Shown here: piece by piece, positions 8,256 through 16,648 of the stretch
Numbering within the stretch: the stretch's first letter is position 1
Layout of the letters: the number at the start of each line of letters is the position of its first letter
Virus record (IMG/VR): IMGVR_UViG_3300050119_000489
Span: 1-55,929 of that record
Length of the DNA: 55,929 bases
Direction: 5' to 3' (one strand)
Source: a virus
Taxonomy: Duplodnaviria; Caudoviricetes
Program-made: the position numbers and the translations under genes
The notes under the pieces: generated by a model
What the model was told of the DNA's origin: nothing
The model's database searches: none
What the model saw: only the letters and a program-made list of their open reading frames with translations

Positions 8256-9034
8256 AGACGCTCGCCGATGAGATTTTCGATCTGATCCCGGCGCACCCAG
8301 AGGGCCTGACGATTGCGCGCGCGGTTGAGTTGCTGGCGGTTGATGCAGCGCATGTGCGGAAGGCTTTCTATGCGCTGAACGAAACCCAGCGAGCCCGCCT
8401 TCGCAAGCGCCCCCAATCGCGGGAGCTATTCTTCCATCCCTCAAAATGGATTGATTACCGCGATCACAACGCGCCATTCGTTTGCGAGGCTTGCCGGGCC
8501 CCTTTCGGTCCGCCAAAGCATCCGAGGCGTTGTTGCTGTCGCTCATGCGCGGTCTCGTTAAGCTGGCGTGATCCAAATGTACATGCTGCTCGGTGCGCCG
8601 CTATCGGAGTTGAGAGGCGCACGCCCGAAGCGCTGGCACGCACGGCGAGGCTTAATGCGAAGCGGTGGTCCGATCCGGCTGAGCACGAAAAGCTCTCGGA
8701 ACATAATCGCCGCCAGTGGCAAGATCCGCAGCAGCGGGCCTCCCGATCACGCGGCATACGCGCGGCTCACGGAACGCCGGAGAAGCGAAAGTTCTATTCC
8801 GATTTTCGGCGCGCGGCATGGGCCGATCCCGAGCAGCGGCGCAAGATGCAAGAGGCGGCGGCGGAATCTCAGCGCAAAACAAATTATCGTAAGCTGATGG
8901 GCGACAAGCTTCGCGAGCGATGGAAGGATCCAGCTTATCGCGCATTGATGATCGAGAGATCGAAGGCTGCAAAGCGCGCTAAATCAGGAGCGTTTCTGCC
9001 CAAGGGCGAGCAGTCAGCGGAGGCTTGCCCATGA
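8252..9034 (+). CDS. Basic protein with Zn finger and about eight 17-aa W-x-D-P repeats
   Basis: CEAC...CCCRSC; repeats such as WSDPAEHEKLSEHNRR and WADPEQRRKMQEAAAE. Confidence 0.7.
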   Translation: MKTLADEIFDLIPAHPEGLTIARAVELLAVDAAHVRKAFYALNETQRARLRKRPQSRELFFHPSKWIDYRDHNAPFVCEACRAPFGPPKHPRRCCCRSCAVSLSWRDPNVHAARCAAIGVERRTPEALARTARLNAKRWSDPAEHEKLSEHNRRQWQDPQQRASRSRGIRAAHGTPEKRKFYSDFRRAAWADPEQRRKMQEAAAESQRKTNYRKLMGDKLRERWKDPAYRALMIERSKAAKRAKSGAFLPKGEQSAEACP

Positions 9035-11517
9035 GCGAGAACGTCGTGCCCATGAAGGCTAACGAACCGGCGGAGCAGGTGCCGGCCGCCGTACCGCTCG
9101 TCTCGATCGAAACCGAGCAAGCGCTCCTCGGGGCCCTTTTGTTCAATAACCACATCCTTCCCGAAGTCGCCGCGATCGTCTCGGTCGAGCATTTTTCGGA
9201 AGACGTACACCGTCGCATCTTCTCCGTCGCGGCCCAGATGATCGAGAGCGGCCAGCGCGCCTCGCCGATCACGATGCCGCCCTACCTCGGCGAGCATAAA
9301 ATCGGAGAGATCACGCTATCGGCCTATCTCGTCCGGCTGGCCGCCAACGCCATCACCGTCTGCGATGCTCCAAACTTTGCGCGTACCGTCCGCGACCTGG
9401 CGCTGCGGCGTAAACTTGCCGAGGCTGGGGATGCTTTGGCGACCAGCGCGCGCGGCGCGGCAATCGGCAGTAACCCCGCAACGCTCGCCTCAAAGGCCAT
9501 AGGCGAGCTGCAGGAGGTCGCCGGCGCCGGACGGGCGCATGATACGCGGGCGGACGTTGGTGTGTCGGCTGCGGCGCTCCTGGCCCGCGCGCAACGCATT
9601 CAGGACGGCACCGAGAAATCACCCGCGATCTCGACCGGCATTCCGGATCTCGACCATGAAACAGGCGGGGGAATCCAGCCCGGCGATCTGTGGCTCGTCG
9701 GAGGCAGGCCAGGTATGGGAAAGGCCCAGCCGCTTGATGCTTTGATCCGGACGCCTAATGGCTGGGTAACGTTCCGTGACGTTTCGGCTGGCCAAGAGAT
9801 CGCGTCGATCGACGGCGCGGCTAATGTTGTCCTCGGTAAGTTTCCGCAGGGCGAAAAAGAGGTGTTTCGGCTTCGCTTTTCTGATGGTCGCAGTGTTGAG
9901 GCATGCGCTGACCACCTTTGGGAGGTGCGTTACCGTGAATGGGGTGTCCCGCGCATCAAAACAACTGAGCAGCTCTGCAAGATGTTGACGCGGGCGCGTT
10001 ATCAAAAGCGGCTGATGATCAGGCAATGCAACGGCGAGTTTGGCGCCGAACAGGCTTTGCCGGTCGACCCGTATCTTCTCGGAGCCATCCTTGGAGACGG
10101 CAGCATACTTTACGGTCGCGTCGGGTTTACCACTGCCGATAAACACATCCTTGACCGCGTCGAAGCGGCTCTGCCACTGGGGATGAGCGCGAACTTTATT
10201 TCGAAGCTCGGATACAACCTGGTTTCGCCACGCGGCAAACCCAACCCTCTCACGGTTGCGTTACGCGATCTCGGGCTAATGGGCCACGGGGCGGCCTCGA
10301 AATTTATTCCAAAGCAATACTTCTTCGGGAGTCGCGTGCAGCGCCTTGAGCTCCTGCGCGGATTGATGGATACCGACGGCTACGCGGGTGCTGACGGCGT
10401 CGTCAGCTTCTCATCGTGCTCGCAGGTGCTATCGCTCGGCGTGCAGGACCTAGCCAGGTCGCTGGGCTATTGGGCGAAGATAGCTCGCAAAGAATGCTTT
10501 CTGACAGTAAACGGCGTGCGGACTCAGCATCGCGACGCCCTCATCGTGACGATCACTGGCGTGGGCATTTCGGAGGTTTTCAGTCTCCCGCGCAAGGTTT
10601 CTCGCTGTTCTAACCGCAAGTGGAATCGCGCTCTGACCGTGGCCGAGATCGTACCGGCCGCACGAAAGGAATGCGCCTGCATCGCGGTTGGTCATCCTAG
10701 CCGGCTTTACATCACGAATGACTACATTCTGACGCACAACTCGATCGTCGCCACCGGCTTCTGCATTCGCATCGCCCAACGCGAGGTCGGCGTAAAGCTC
10801 TTCGAGCACGAAATGAACGAGGGCCAAACCACGGCCCGCTTTCTATCGGATCTCAGCTATCGCAAGGACCGGCGTATCGTTTACCGGCAGATCGTCACCG
10901 GCGATATAAACCCGACCGAAATGTGGTGCCTCGAGGATGCGCAGAAGCGCCTCGCCAAAATGCCGATCGTGGTCGACTATGCCACGGGCCTGACGCTGCC
11001 GGAAATCGCGGCCAGGATCCGCTCCGAAAAGACGAAGATGGACAAGGACGGCGTCAAGCTGGGCGTCGTCATCATCGATTATCTGCAGCTCGTCCAGGTG
11101 GCCGAGCGCTACCGCGGCAACCGCACCTATGAGCTCGCGGAGATTACCGCGGGCCTGAAGAAGCTCGCCAAGGACGAGAACATCGGCATCGTCGCCTTGT
11201 CGCAACTCACCCGCGCCAGTGCCGGCTATGAGCGCAAGGACAAGCGGCCGAACCTCACCGATCTGCGCGACAGCGGCGCGCTCGAGGCTGACGCGGACGT
11301 CGTCGTCTTCATTCATCGCGAGTCCTACTACCTCGCCAATTCGCCCGAGTACCGCAACGGAGACGAGGAGGCGGTGCAGAAGTTTCTCGACACCCAAAAC
11401 GAGGCGGAGCTGCTGATCGCGAAAACACGGCTCGGCGCAACCAAGCAGGTGAAGATTTGGTGCGACGTCGGCTGCTCGACGTTTGCTGCGCAGGCGAGAG
11501 GGGAGGGGATGTTCTGA
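9031..11517 (+). CDS. dnaB: DnaB-like replicative helicase with intein
   Basis: EQALLGALL N-domain, GGRPGMGK|S, IIDYLQL, LSQL, DLRDSGALEADAD. Confidence 0.95.
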   Translation: MSENVVPMKANEPAEQVPAAVPLVSIETEQALLGALLFNNHILPEVAAIVSVEHFSEDVHRRIFSVAAQMIESGQRASPITMPPYLGEHKIGEITLSAYLVRLAANAITVCDAPNFARTVRDLALRRKLAEAGDALATSARGAAIGSNPATLASKAIGELQEVAGAGRAHDTRADVGVSAAALLARAQRIQDGTEKSPAISTGIPDLDHETGGGIQPGDLWLVGGRPGMGKAQPLDALIRTPNGWVTFRDVSAGQEIASIDGAANVVLGKFPQGEKEVFRLRFSDGRSVEACADHLWEVRYREWGVPRIKTTEQLCKMLTRARYQKRLMIRQCNGEFGAEQALPVDPYLLGAILGDGSILYGRVGFTTADKHILDRVEAALPLGMSANFISKLGYNLVSPRGKPNPLTVALRDLGLMGHGAASKFIPKQYFFGSRVQRLELLRGLMDTDGYAGADGVVSFSSCSQVLSLGVQDLARSLGYWAKIARKECFLTVNGVRTQHRDALIVTITGVGISEVFSLPRKVSRCSNRKWNRALTVAEIVPAARKECACIAVGHPSRLYITNDYILTHNSIVATGFCIRIAQREVGVKLFEHEMNEGQTTARFLSDLSYRKDRRIVYRQIVTGDINPTEMWCLEDAQKRLAKMPIVVDYATGLTLPEIAARIRSEKTKMDKDGVKLGVVIIDYLQLVQVAERYRGNRTYELAEITAGLKKLAKDENIGIVALSQLTRASAGYERKDKRPNLTDLRDSGALEADADVVVFIHRESYYLANSPEYRNGDEEAVQKFLDTQNEAELLIAKTRLGATKQVKIWCDVGCSTFAAQARGEGMF
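9724..10740 (+). mobile_element. 339-aa Ala-initiated (class 3-type) intein with LAGLIDADG endonuclease in the DnaB P-loop
   Basis: GK|AQPLDALIRTPNGW...ACADHLW...YLLGAILGDG...LLRGLMDTDG...CACIAV...ILTHN|S. Confidence 0.95.
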
Positions 11518-11870
11518 TGGCTTCGCCAGATCCCGTCTCAAAACTTCCGGCAGTCGTCAGATCGCAGCAAGCTCATGCAGCGGCCATGCGGCGTCCGATG
11601 CTGGGCGTCAGGATGGTAGGGGACCCGCGTTTCGATGATGCTGAAAACGATCTCATCGCCGATCTTCTGACGCGGCGAGCGGTCCAATATGCTACCGCAA
11701 TGCTCCGCCGGGACGGTCGCCTAGGCGACAATCTCCGCGAGGTCGATGCGGAATTCGCTCCGCCAGCGACGGTCTTGTTTTTTCGCGCCGATAAATCACG
11801 CACCAAGCTTGCCGAATTCACCGTGCCCGAGCGGGTGATGAGCTTTGACCCTACGGGGGGTGCCCCGTGA
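11517..11870 (+). CDS. Hypothetical protein
   Basis: GGAGG RBS; overlaps both neighbours. Confidence 0.6.
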   Translation: MASPDPVSKLPAVVRSQQAHAAAMRRPMLGVRMVGDPRFDDAENDLIADLLTRRAVQYATAMLRRDGRLGDNLREVDAEFAPPATVLFFRADKSRTKLAEFTVPERVMSFDPTGGAP

Positions 11871-12493
11871 CCCTTCACCCTCCTTCGAACCAAAATGCCG
11901 AGTTTCTCAGCGCCCTGAGCCTTGAAACCGGCAAGTCGCCGGCTCCTGTTCGCAAAGCGGCTGCCGCCCTCGCCGTTGTACCGTCACCGGCACCCGATGT
12001 GGTTCTTGGAGAGGCCGATACGGGCGGCGCGGTTGGCTTTGATCTCTCTGCCTTGATCGAGGGCCGTCTTCTTATTCAAGGCGTCTCGGGCGCCGGCAAG
12101 TCCTGGACCCTGCGCAGGCTGCTCGAGCAAAGCGCCGGCCGCGTGCAGCAGATCATCATCGATCCGGAAGGCGAATTCAGCACCTTGGCTGAGCCGCTTG
12201 GGCTGACCAGGCTCGATGCCGCCAAGCTCCTCGGCATGGACAACAAGACCATCTGCACCTGGTGCATCGCCGGCGACCTGAAGGCCACCAAACGCGGCAC
12301 GAAGCGGCTGGTGCAGCAGGGTGGCGACACCTGGTCGATCCAGCCTGCTGATCTCCGCGCCTTCGTCATCGACAATCTCGAGCGCATCGATATCCGCAAG
12401 GTAGAGAAGTTCTCTTTTGTGGCGCTGATCGCTGATGGGACAGGCGCGAAGGATAAGGGCTCCCTTAAGCAGAGGGATAACCCTGATGGCTAA
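11867..12493 (+). CDS. Chimera: N-terminal HerA/DUF87 ATPase fragment joined to an excisionase/MerR-type HTH
   Basis: LLIQGVSGAGKS and IIDPEGEF but no Walker B; then AAKLLGMDNKTICTWCIAGDLKA. Confidence 0.75.
   Translation: MTLHPPSNQNAEFLSALSLETGKSPAPVRKAAAALAVVPSPAPDVVLGEADTGGAVGFDLSALIEGRLLIQGVSGAGKSWTLRRLLEQSAGRVQQIIIDPEGEFSTLAEPLGLTRLDAAKLLGMDNKTICTWCIAGDLKATKRGTKRLVQQGGDTWSIQPADLRAFVIDNLERIDIRKVEKFSFVALIADGTGAKDKGSLKQRDNPDG
12451..12483. repeat. Three iteron-like units over the initiator RBS
   Basis: TAA cores at 12454, 12466 and 12478 (12-bp spacing). Confidence 0.7.
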
Positions 12494-13457
12494 AACTGCG
12501 CTTCAAAAGCAGCCTTGGATGAAGTTTTACCTGGCCGATTGGCGTGCTGATCCTCGCCTCAAGTCTTGCTCCTTAGCGGCTCGTGGGCTGTGGATTGAGA
12601 TGCTGTGCGTGATGCACGAAGCCACGCCCCGCGGGTCGCTGCTTGTGAACGGAAATCCTATCCCAGCAAAACAGCTTGCAGGCCTCGTTGGCGCATCAGT
12701 CAAGGAAGTTGCCGGACTTCTCGAAGAGCTTGAAACGGCTGGCGTCTTCAGTCGTGACGAAGACAGCGTGATCTATAGCCGGCGCATGCGAAGAGACGAC
12801 GAGAAGGCCGAGAAAGCGCGAGAGTTTGGTTCGCAGGGTGGTAACCCAAGACTTAAGGCCAAGGATAACGACCGCCTTAAGGTCAGCGATAAGGTGCAGG
12901 ATAACGGGAGGGTTAACCCTACAGATAAGCCCTCGCGCGCGCGCGTCCCAGAAGCCAGAAGCCAGATACTAGAAGAAGCTGCTAACGCAGCTTCTAGCCG
13001 CGCGCCAATTGATAAGGATTTTCTCAAGAAGGTCGAAGATGCCTGCCGTCGAGCACTCGGAGAGGCCGCGCCAGCCGATGCCGTCATAGGTCCGATAGCC
13101 CTTGTCGCTGAGAGACACACCCTGGCCAGGGTAATCATCTGCCTGCAAAGCGAAGCGCGGCGGCCGCGTAAGTCGCCAATCCGAACCTGGCAGCTCTGGG
13201 CGGACATCGTCGATGAGCAGCTATCGCGCACCCCATCGCAAGGCAATGGCTCAACCGCACCTGCGCCCAAACCCAAACCCAAATACGAGCGCACGACCTT
13301 CATGGACGGCTTTAGGCCGCTGGTGACCGACGCAAACCTACTCGTGCACATCGAGCGATTTTTCCGAGACGGAACGTGGATTTTCGAGAGCCCGCCACCG
13401 GGTGAACCTGGGTGCAAGGTGCCTGCGGATTTGCTCGAGGGATTGGAGAGGATTTGA
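12486..13457 (+). CDS. Phage replication initiator (YdaU/DUF1376-like wHTH)
   Basis: PWMKFYLADW...SLAARGLWIEMLCVMH, YSRRM, GGNP; internal iteron tract. Confidence 0.85.
   Translation: MAKTALQKQPWMKFYLADWRADPRLKSCSLAARGLWIEMLCVMHEATPRGSLLVNGNPIPAKQLAGLVGASVKEVAGLLEELETAGVFSRDEDSVIYSRRMRRDDEKAEKAREFGSQGGNPRLKAKDNDRLKVSDKVQDNGRVNPTDKPSRARVPEARSQILEEAANAASSRAPIDKDFLKKVEDACRRALGEAAPADAVIGPIALVAERHTLARVIICLQSEARRPRKSPIRTWQLWADIVDEQLSRTPSQGNGSTAPAPKPKPKYERTTFMDGFRPLVTDANLLVHIERFFRDGTWIFESPPPGEPGCKVPADLLEGLERI
12839..12995. repeat. Putative replication origin: eight 12-bp-phased iterons plus hairpin
   Basis: TAA cores at 12842, 12854, 12866, 12878, 12890, 12902, 12914, 12926; CCAGAAG repeats; AGAAGCTGC-TAAC-GCAGCTTCT at 12974-12995. 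Confidence 0.8.
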
Positions 13458-13458
13458 G

Positions 13459-13689
13459 ATGCAGCCGGTTTCTAGCGTCGAGAAAAAGTTGATGACCGCC
13501 GCACAGTCAATGCACTGCGTGGTGGCGATGATCATGGAAGGCAAGCGCTGCTCGGAAATTGTTGCGCTGAATGACCTCTATGCGGAGGTGTTTTCGGGAC
13601 AATTGTGGCTGACCGGTTCGGAGCGAGAGCTGGCGCTGCAGCTGATCGACGCGCGGATCACGAGGGTGCGTAGAGGGGAGCCGCCCTGA
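13459..13689 (+). CDS. Hypothetical protein
   Basis: GAGG RBS, operon packing. Confidence 0.55.
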   Translation: MQPVSSVEKKLMTAAQSMHCVVAMIMEGKRCSEIVALNDLYAEVFSGQLWLTGSERELALQLIDARITRVRRGEPP

Positions 13690-13871
13690 TGCGCGCTGCC
13701 TTGAACCGGCGCGACGTGTGGCTTGCGGAAACGCTGCGCTGCCATCGTTGCAGAAGCGAGCAAGTCCGTGAGATAACTATGATTCGAGGCCGTCGTACGT
13801 TTCGTGTGTTGATCATCAGAGTGCCAACGAACGGGGGTTCTGGGAATGGCGGCGGTGGAAACAAAATCTAG
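13689..13871 (+). CDS. Small hypothetical protein, possible CxxC Zn ribbon
   Basis: TGATG overlap, GGGGAG RBS, CHRC. Confidence 0.4.
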   Translation: MRAALNRRDVWLAETLRCHRCRSEQVREITMIRGRRTFRVLIIRVPTNGGSGNGGGGNKI

Positions 13872-14172
13872 CGAGTGGAGCGATGAGCAGATCGCGAAGC
13901 TTGGGTTCTTGGTCGGACGCGGCAAAACAGCGAAGCAGATTGCAATCGACATGCAGCTGTCGGAGACTGCGGTCTACAAGCGGGCCCATCGCTTCGGTCT
14001 TCGCTTCCGCGATGTGCCGAACGAGATCGTCGTCAATCTGCCGCCGGCTGAGTTTGCATCGCTTGTCGCGCGTGCTGCGCAGTATCGGTTATCGGTTACC
14101 GAGGCGTCGACGAAGGTGCTGAGTGTTTGCGCGGTCGAACCATACATGATGGGGAACATCATCGATGAGTGA
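13846..14172 (+). CDS. GcrA-N-like HTH protein
   Basis: WSDEQIAKL...GKTAKQIA...SETAVYKRAHRFGL. Confidence 0.75.
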   Translation: MAAVETKSSEWSDEQIAKLGFLVGRGKTAKQIAIDMQLSETAVYKRAHRFGLRFRDVPNEIVVNLPPAEFASLVARAAQYRLSVTEASTKVLSVCAVEPYMMGNIIDE

Positions 14173-14282
14173 AACGGTTTTTCTCTTGCTGCCGCCGGTT
14201 TGCGGTCTGATTGGATTTTTGGGCGCGATTGCTTTCTGCAAGTGGACGCTGCCCCTTGACTAACGCACGAGGAGTCGCGCTG

Positions 14283-14858
14283 ATGCTCAACGATTCGAGC
14301 GACGAGCGGATTAACAATTACGGCACCTATCGCCGCGAGCAGCGGCGCTACGGGCCCGGCGACGCACCACCGCCGAAGCGCGAGCATGATCGCGAACAAC
14401 CCGAGATCTTCGACGATCCAATTCCCGTTAGGTGGACCGGCAGGCACGTAGGGCGTCGCCTGGTCGATGCCTTCAACGTTTTGCACCGCATGCCGCCCTT
14501 GCAGCGGCCAAAGGATCCAGGAGGCAACTGGCCGCCCCACGGCTACAGCAAGGACGATCTCGGTGGATGGTCAGATCAGGACAAAAACGACGCGCTTATG
14601 AGGACCGTGTTGAAGCCGACACGCGCGGAAATTACGCGCATGGAAGGCGCGCTTGAGTGGCTCCGCTGGCTCAAAACTAACGATGCGGGCATGGCGCTGC
14701 AGCTCATGTTTTGGGCCAACACCGTCGCCCGGCACCGCAAGATCGAGCGCATGTGTATCGAGAAAAAGTGGTGTCGCGCGGTGTTCTATCGGCGCATCCA
14801 CCGGGCCAAGGATTGGATCGCGCGCCAACTCAACGGACGACACGCTCCGGTTTACTAA
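14283..14858 (+). CDS. DUF6362-like protein in the late-regulator (Q) position
   Basis: WTGRHVGRRLVDAFNVL.RMP, PT..EITRME.AL.W, C-terminal HTH-like segment; GAGGAG RBS. Confidence 0.7.
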   Translation: MLNDSSDERINNYGTYRREQRRYGPGDAPPPKREHDREQPEIFDDPIPVRWTGRHVGRRLVDAFNVLHRMPPLQRPKDPGGNWPPHGYSKDDLGGWSDQDKNDALMRTVLKPTRAEITRMEGALEWLRWLKTNDAGMALQLMFWANTVARHRKIERMCIEKKWCRAVFYRRIHRAKDWIARQLNGRHAPVY

Positions 14859-14863
14859 CACCC

Positions 14864-14960
14864 CCAATTGGACAGATTTGTCTCCGGGGCTTGGCCAAAT
14901 GTCCAATTGGTCTGGCGGTCGGGGGGATTGACGGAGACAGTTGGTTACAGCTACACCCGC
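14864..14960 (+). promoter_or_regulatory. Putative late promoter region with 11-bp inverted repeat
   Basis: CCAATTGGACA (14864-14874) / TGTCCAATTGG (14900-14910); TTGACG at 14928 with only a weak -10. Confidence 0.5.
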
Positions 14961-15110
14961 GCAGGTGATGGGCCCACTGCGCCCGCCGCCCAAATCCCCC
15001 AAAATTCAAAGTTTCGAGCGGGCCTTACGGCGCGTCGTATGCAGCCCCCCCAGCCGCGACGTCCCGCCGCTCGAAAGCCTTTCACCGCTTCTCCCGAAAC
15101 CGTGTCCGCA

Positions 15111-15332
15111 ATGAATGTCGTGAAGCTGCCGCCTATTGCTCCGCCCAAAAATCCATCGGACGAAGGTTGGAACGCCTACGTGCGCGATTGTGAGGACGCG
15201 GGTCCAGGGCTCAAAACATTCGAGCAATCTCAGGCAACATGCCCTTATCCGCTTTGGCGATTTCTGTCTCGCGCAAAATGGTTCGATGGCTGGCATGAAG
15301 CGCGTGAATTCGACGCTCAGGAGAACGGGTGA
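15111..15332 (+). CDS. Rmf/CrpP-like small protein
   Basis: EGWNAY...CPY...RAKWFDGWHEA matches the RMF G..A...CPY...W..GW pattern. Confidence 0.65.
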   Translation: MNVVKLPPIAPPKNPSDEGWNAYVRDCEDAGPGLKTFEQSQATCPYPLWRFLSRAKWFDGWHEAREFDAQENG

Positions 15333-15335
15333 GCC

Positions 15336-15821
15336 ATGCTCAAGTCGGCTGACACCGCTCCGCATGACGGCTCGACATTCTGGGCTTATTGGCTCGACAA
15401 AGATCCGCCGCGTCGCTTCGTGAAGTGGAACGACAAGGCTGATCCGGGAATGAAAGATCCTGACGGTAACGTGGTCGCACCGCCGCTCGCTGTTGGATGG
15501 ATCACGCAGGACAGCGACGATGTAATGGACATCGACAGCTTTTCGTTCTGGGGTCCTCCGAACTTCCTCCTCGACTACCGAAATCCGCTTCCGAACTCGA
15601 ACGCATTTGTGCCTTCCCTCGACCAAGCGGTGCTCGCGCGTCTGTCGTACAAGCTCCAGGAAGTAGGCTATGCCGGGAGCTATATTTTTGAGTGTCTAAT
15701 CCCCGAGGGCGGACCCGTAGACATCGAGCGGACCTTAGACAAAATTGTCGGCTACATTACCGGCGCGTCTCATCTCCCAAAGCTCGACCCGGCCAAACCT
15801 TGGGAACGCTTGGAGCAATGA
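15336..15821 (+). CDS. Hypothetical protein
   Basis: 161-aa ORF beginning with the common phage (I/A)DTAP.DG motif. Confidence 0.65.
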   Translation: MLKSADTAPHDGSTFWAYWLDKDPPRRFVKWNDKADPGMKDPDGNVVAPPLAVGWITQDSDDVMDIDSFSFWGPPNFLLDYRNPLPNSNAFVPSLDQAVLARLSYKLQEVGYAGSYIFECLIPEGGPVDIERTLDKIVGYITGASHLPKLDPAKPWERLEQ

Positions 15822-16033
15822 TGCTCGCGGCGGCGCTCTACGTGTTTCTCGCCTATCGCACTGCGGCGATGACCGGCGATCCAGTGTATCACGTCCACAA
15901 TCTGACGATGCCGGAATGTCAGGCCGACAAGGCTCTCGGTGAGCAGATCTGGCGGGAGCATTTCTCCGACCATCCGCATCCGGGGTTCGTTTGCCGGCCT
16001 GAAGACAGTCTTAAACCGAGGGAGGGCCAGTGA
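15818..16033 (+). CDS. Small exported Cys-containing protein
   Basis: GGAG RBS, ATGA overlap, hydrophobic N-terminus, two Cys. Confidence 0.55.
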   Translation: MMLAAALYVFLAYRTAAMTGDPVYHVHNLTMPECQADKALGEQIWREHFSDHPHPGFVCRPEDSLKPREGQ

Positions 16034-16200
16034 TGTTGATCCTTTCCACGGTTTGGTTTCTCGTCTTGCAGGTCGTCTGCGGCTGCCAATCCTGCAACCC
16101 GGTTCGCGACGTGAAGATCGAGATGCCATCGTTGCAGACCTGCCAGCAGATTTCAGCCCATGCTGGCTACAACGCGCAATGCGAGCTCATCTCCCGCTAA
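16033..16200 (+). CDS. Small exported Cys-rich protein (55 aa)
   Basis: GGAGGG RBS; MLILSTVWFLVLQVVCGCQSC...TCQQ...QC. Confidence 0.55.
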   Translation: MLILSTVWFLVLQVVCGCQSCNPVRDVKIEMPSLQTCQQISAHAGYNAQCELISR

Positions 16201-16235
16201 CGACATCTCACCCTCAAAACCAGGAGTGAAACCCA

Positions 16236-16421
16236 ATGGTGGACCTGAAGCAATCACCTCGCCAAACTGTACACGATGCGATTTCCGCTTACGCCAAGGA
16301 CAAGGGCCTATTCGAGCAATGGGGCGCGCACATCGATGTCTTGAGCGACAAGGTCATCGAGGCCCTTAAGGCCCGCGGCTACCGTCCGCCGGAAGATCGC
16401 GGCCCTGGCAATCTTGGCTAG
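16236..16421 (+). CDS. Small hypothetical protein
   Basis: AGGAG RBS, typical codon usage. Confidence 0.6.
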   Translation: MVDLKQSPRQTVHDAISAYAKDKGLFEQWGAHIDVLSDKVIEALKARGYRPPEDRGPGNLG

Positions 16422-16436
16422 GTCGAGGATCACAGC

Positions 16437-16643
16437 GTGATGCTCACGAGGCAGCCGCCGGCAGCGATGGTCGCCGAGTTTGACGATCTGTGCGCCAAGC
16501 ACGCCATCCTGCTGTTGAAGCGCCGCGCCTCGAAGGACCTCTATGAGCGCGCGGTGATGCTCGACGATTCCTTCGACGTATTCGGTCGCGCAGTCGAGCT
16601 CTTTTGCAAAATTGGCATCGCCGCCGGCGCCGACCAAGTCTGA
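16437..16643 (+). CDS. 68-aa hypothetical protein, paralogue A
   Basis: 53/68 aa identical to 19794-20000 (hand count). Confidence 0.85.
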   Translation: MMLTRQPPAAMVAEFDDLCAKHAILLLKRRASKDLYERAVMLDDSFDVFGRAVELFCKIGIAAGADQV

Positions 16644-16648
16644 TCATC

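Noticed and set aside
12839-12930. CtrA boxes (TTAA-N7-TTAA)
   Set aside because: Half-sites are 12 bp apart, not 11, and most are GATAA; iterons fit better
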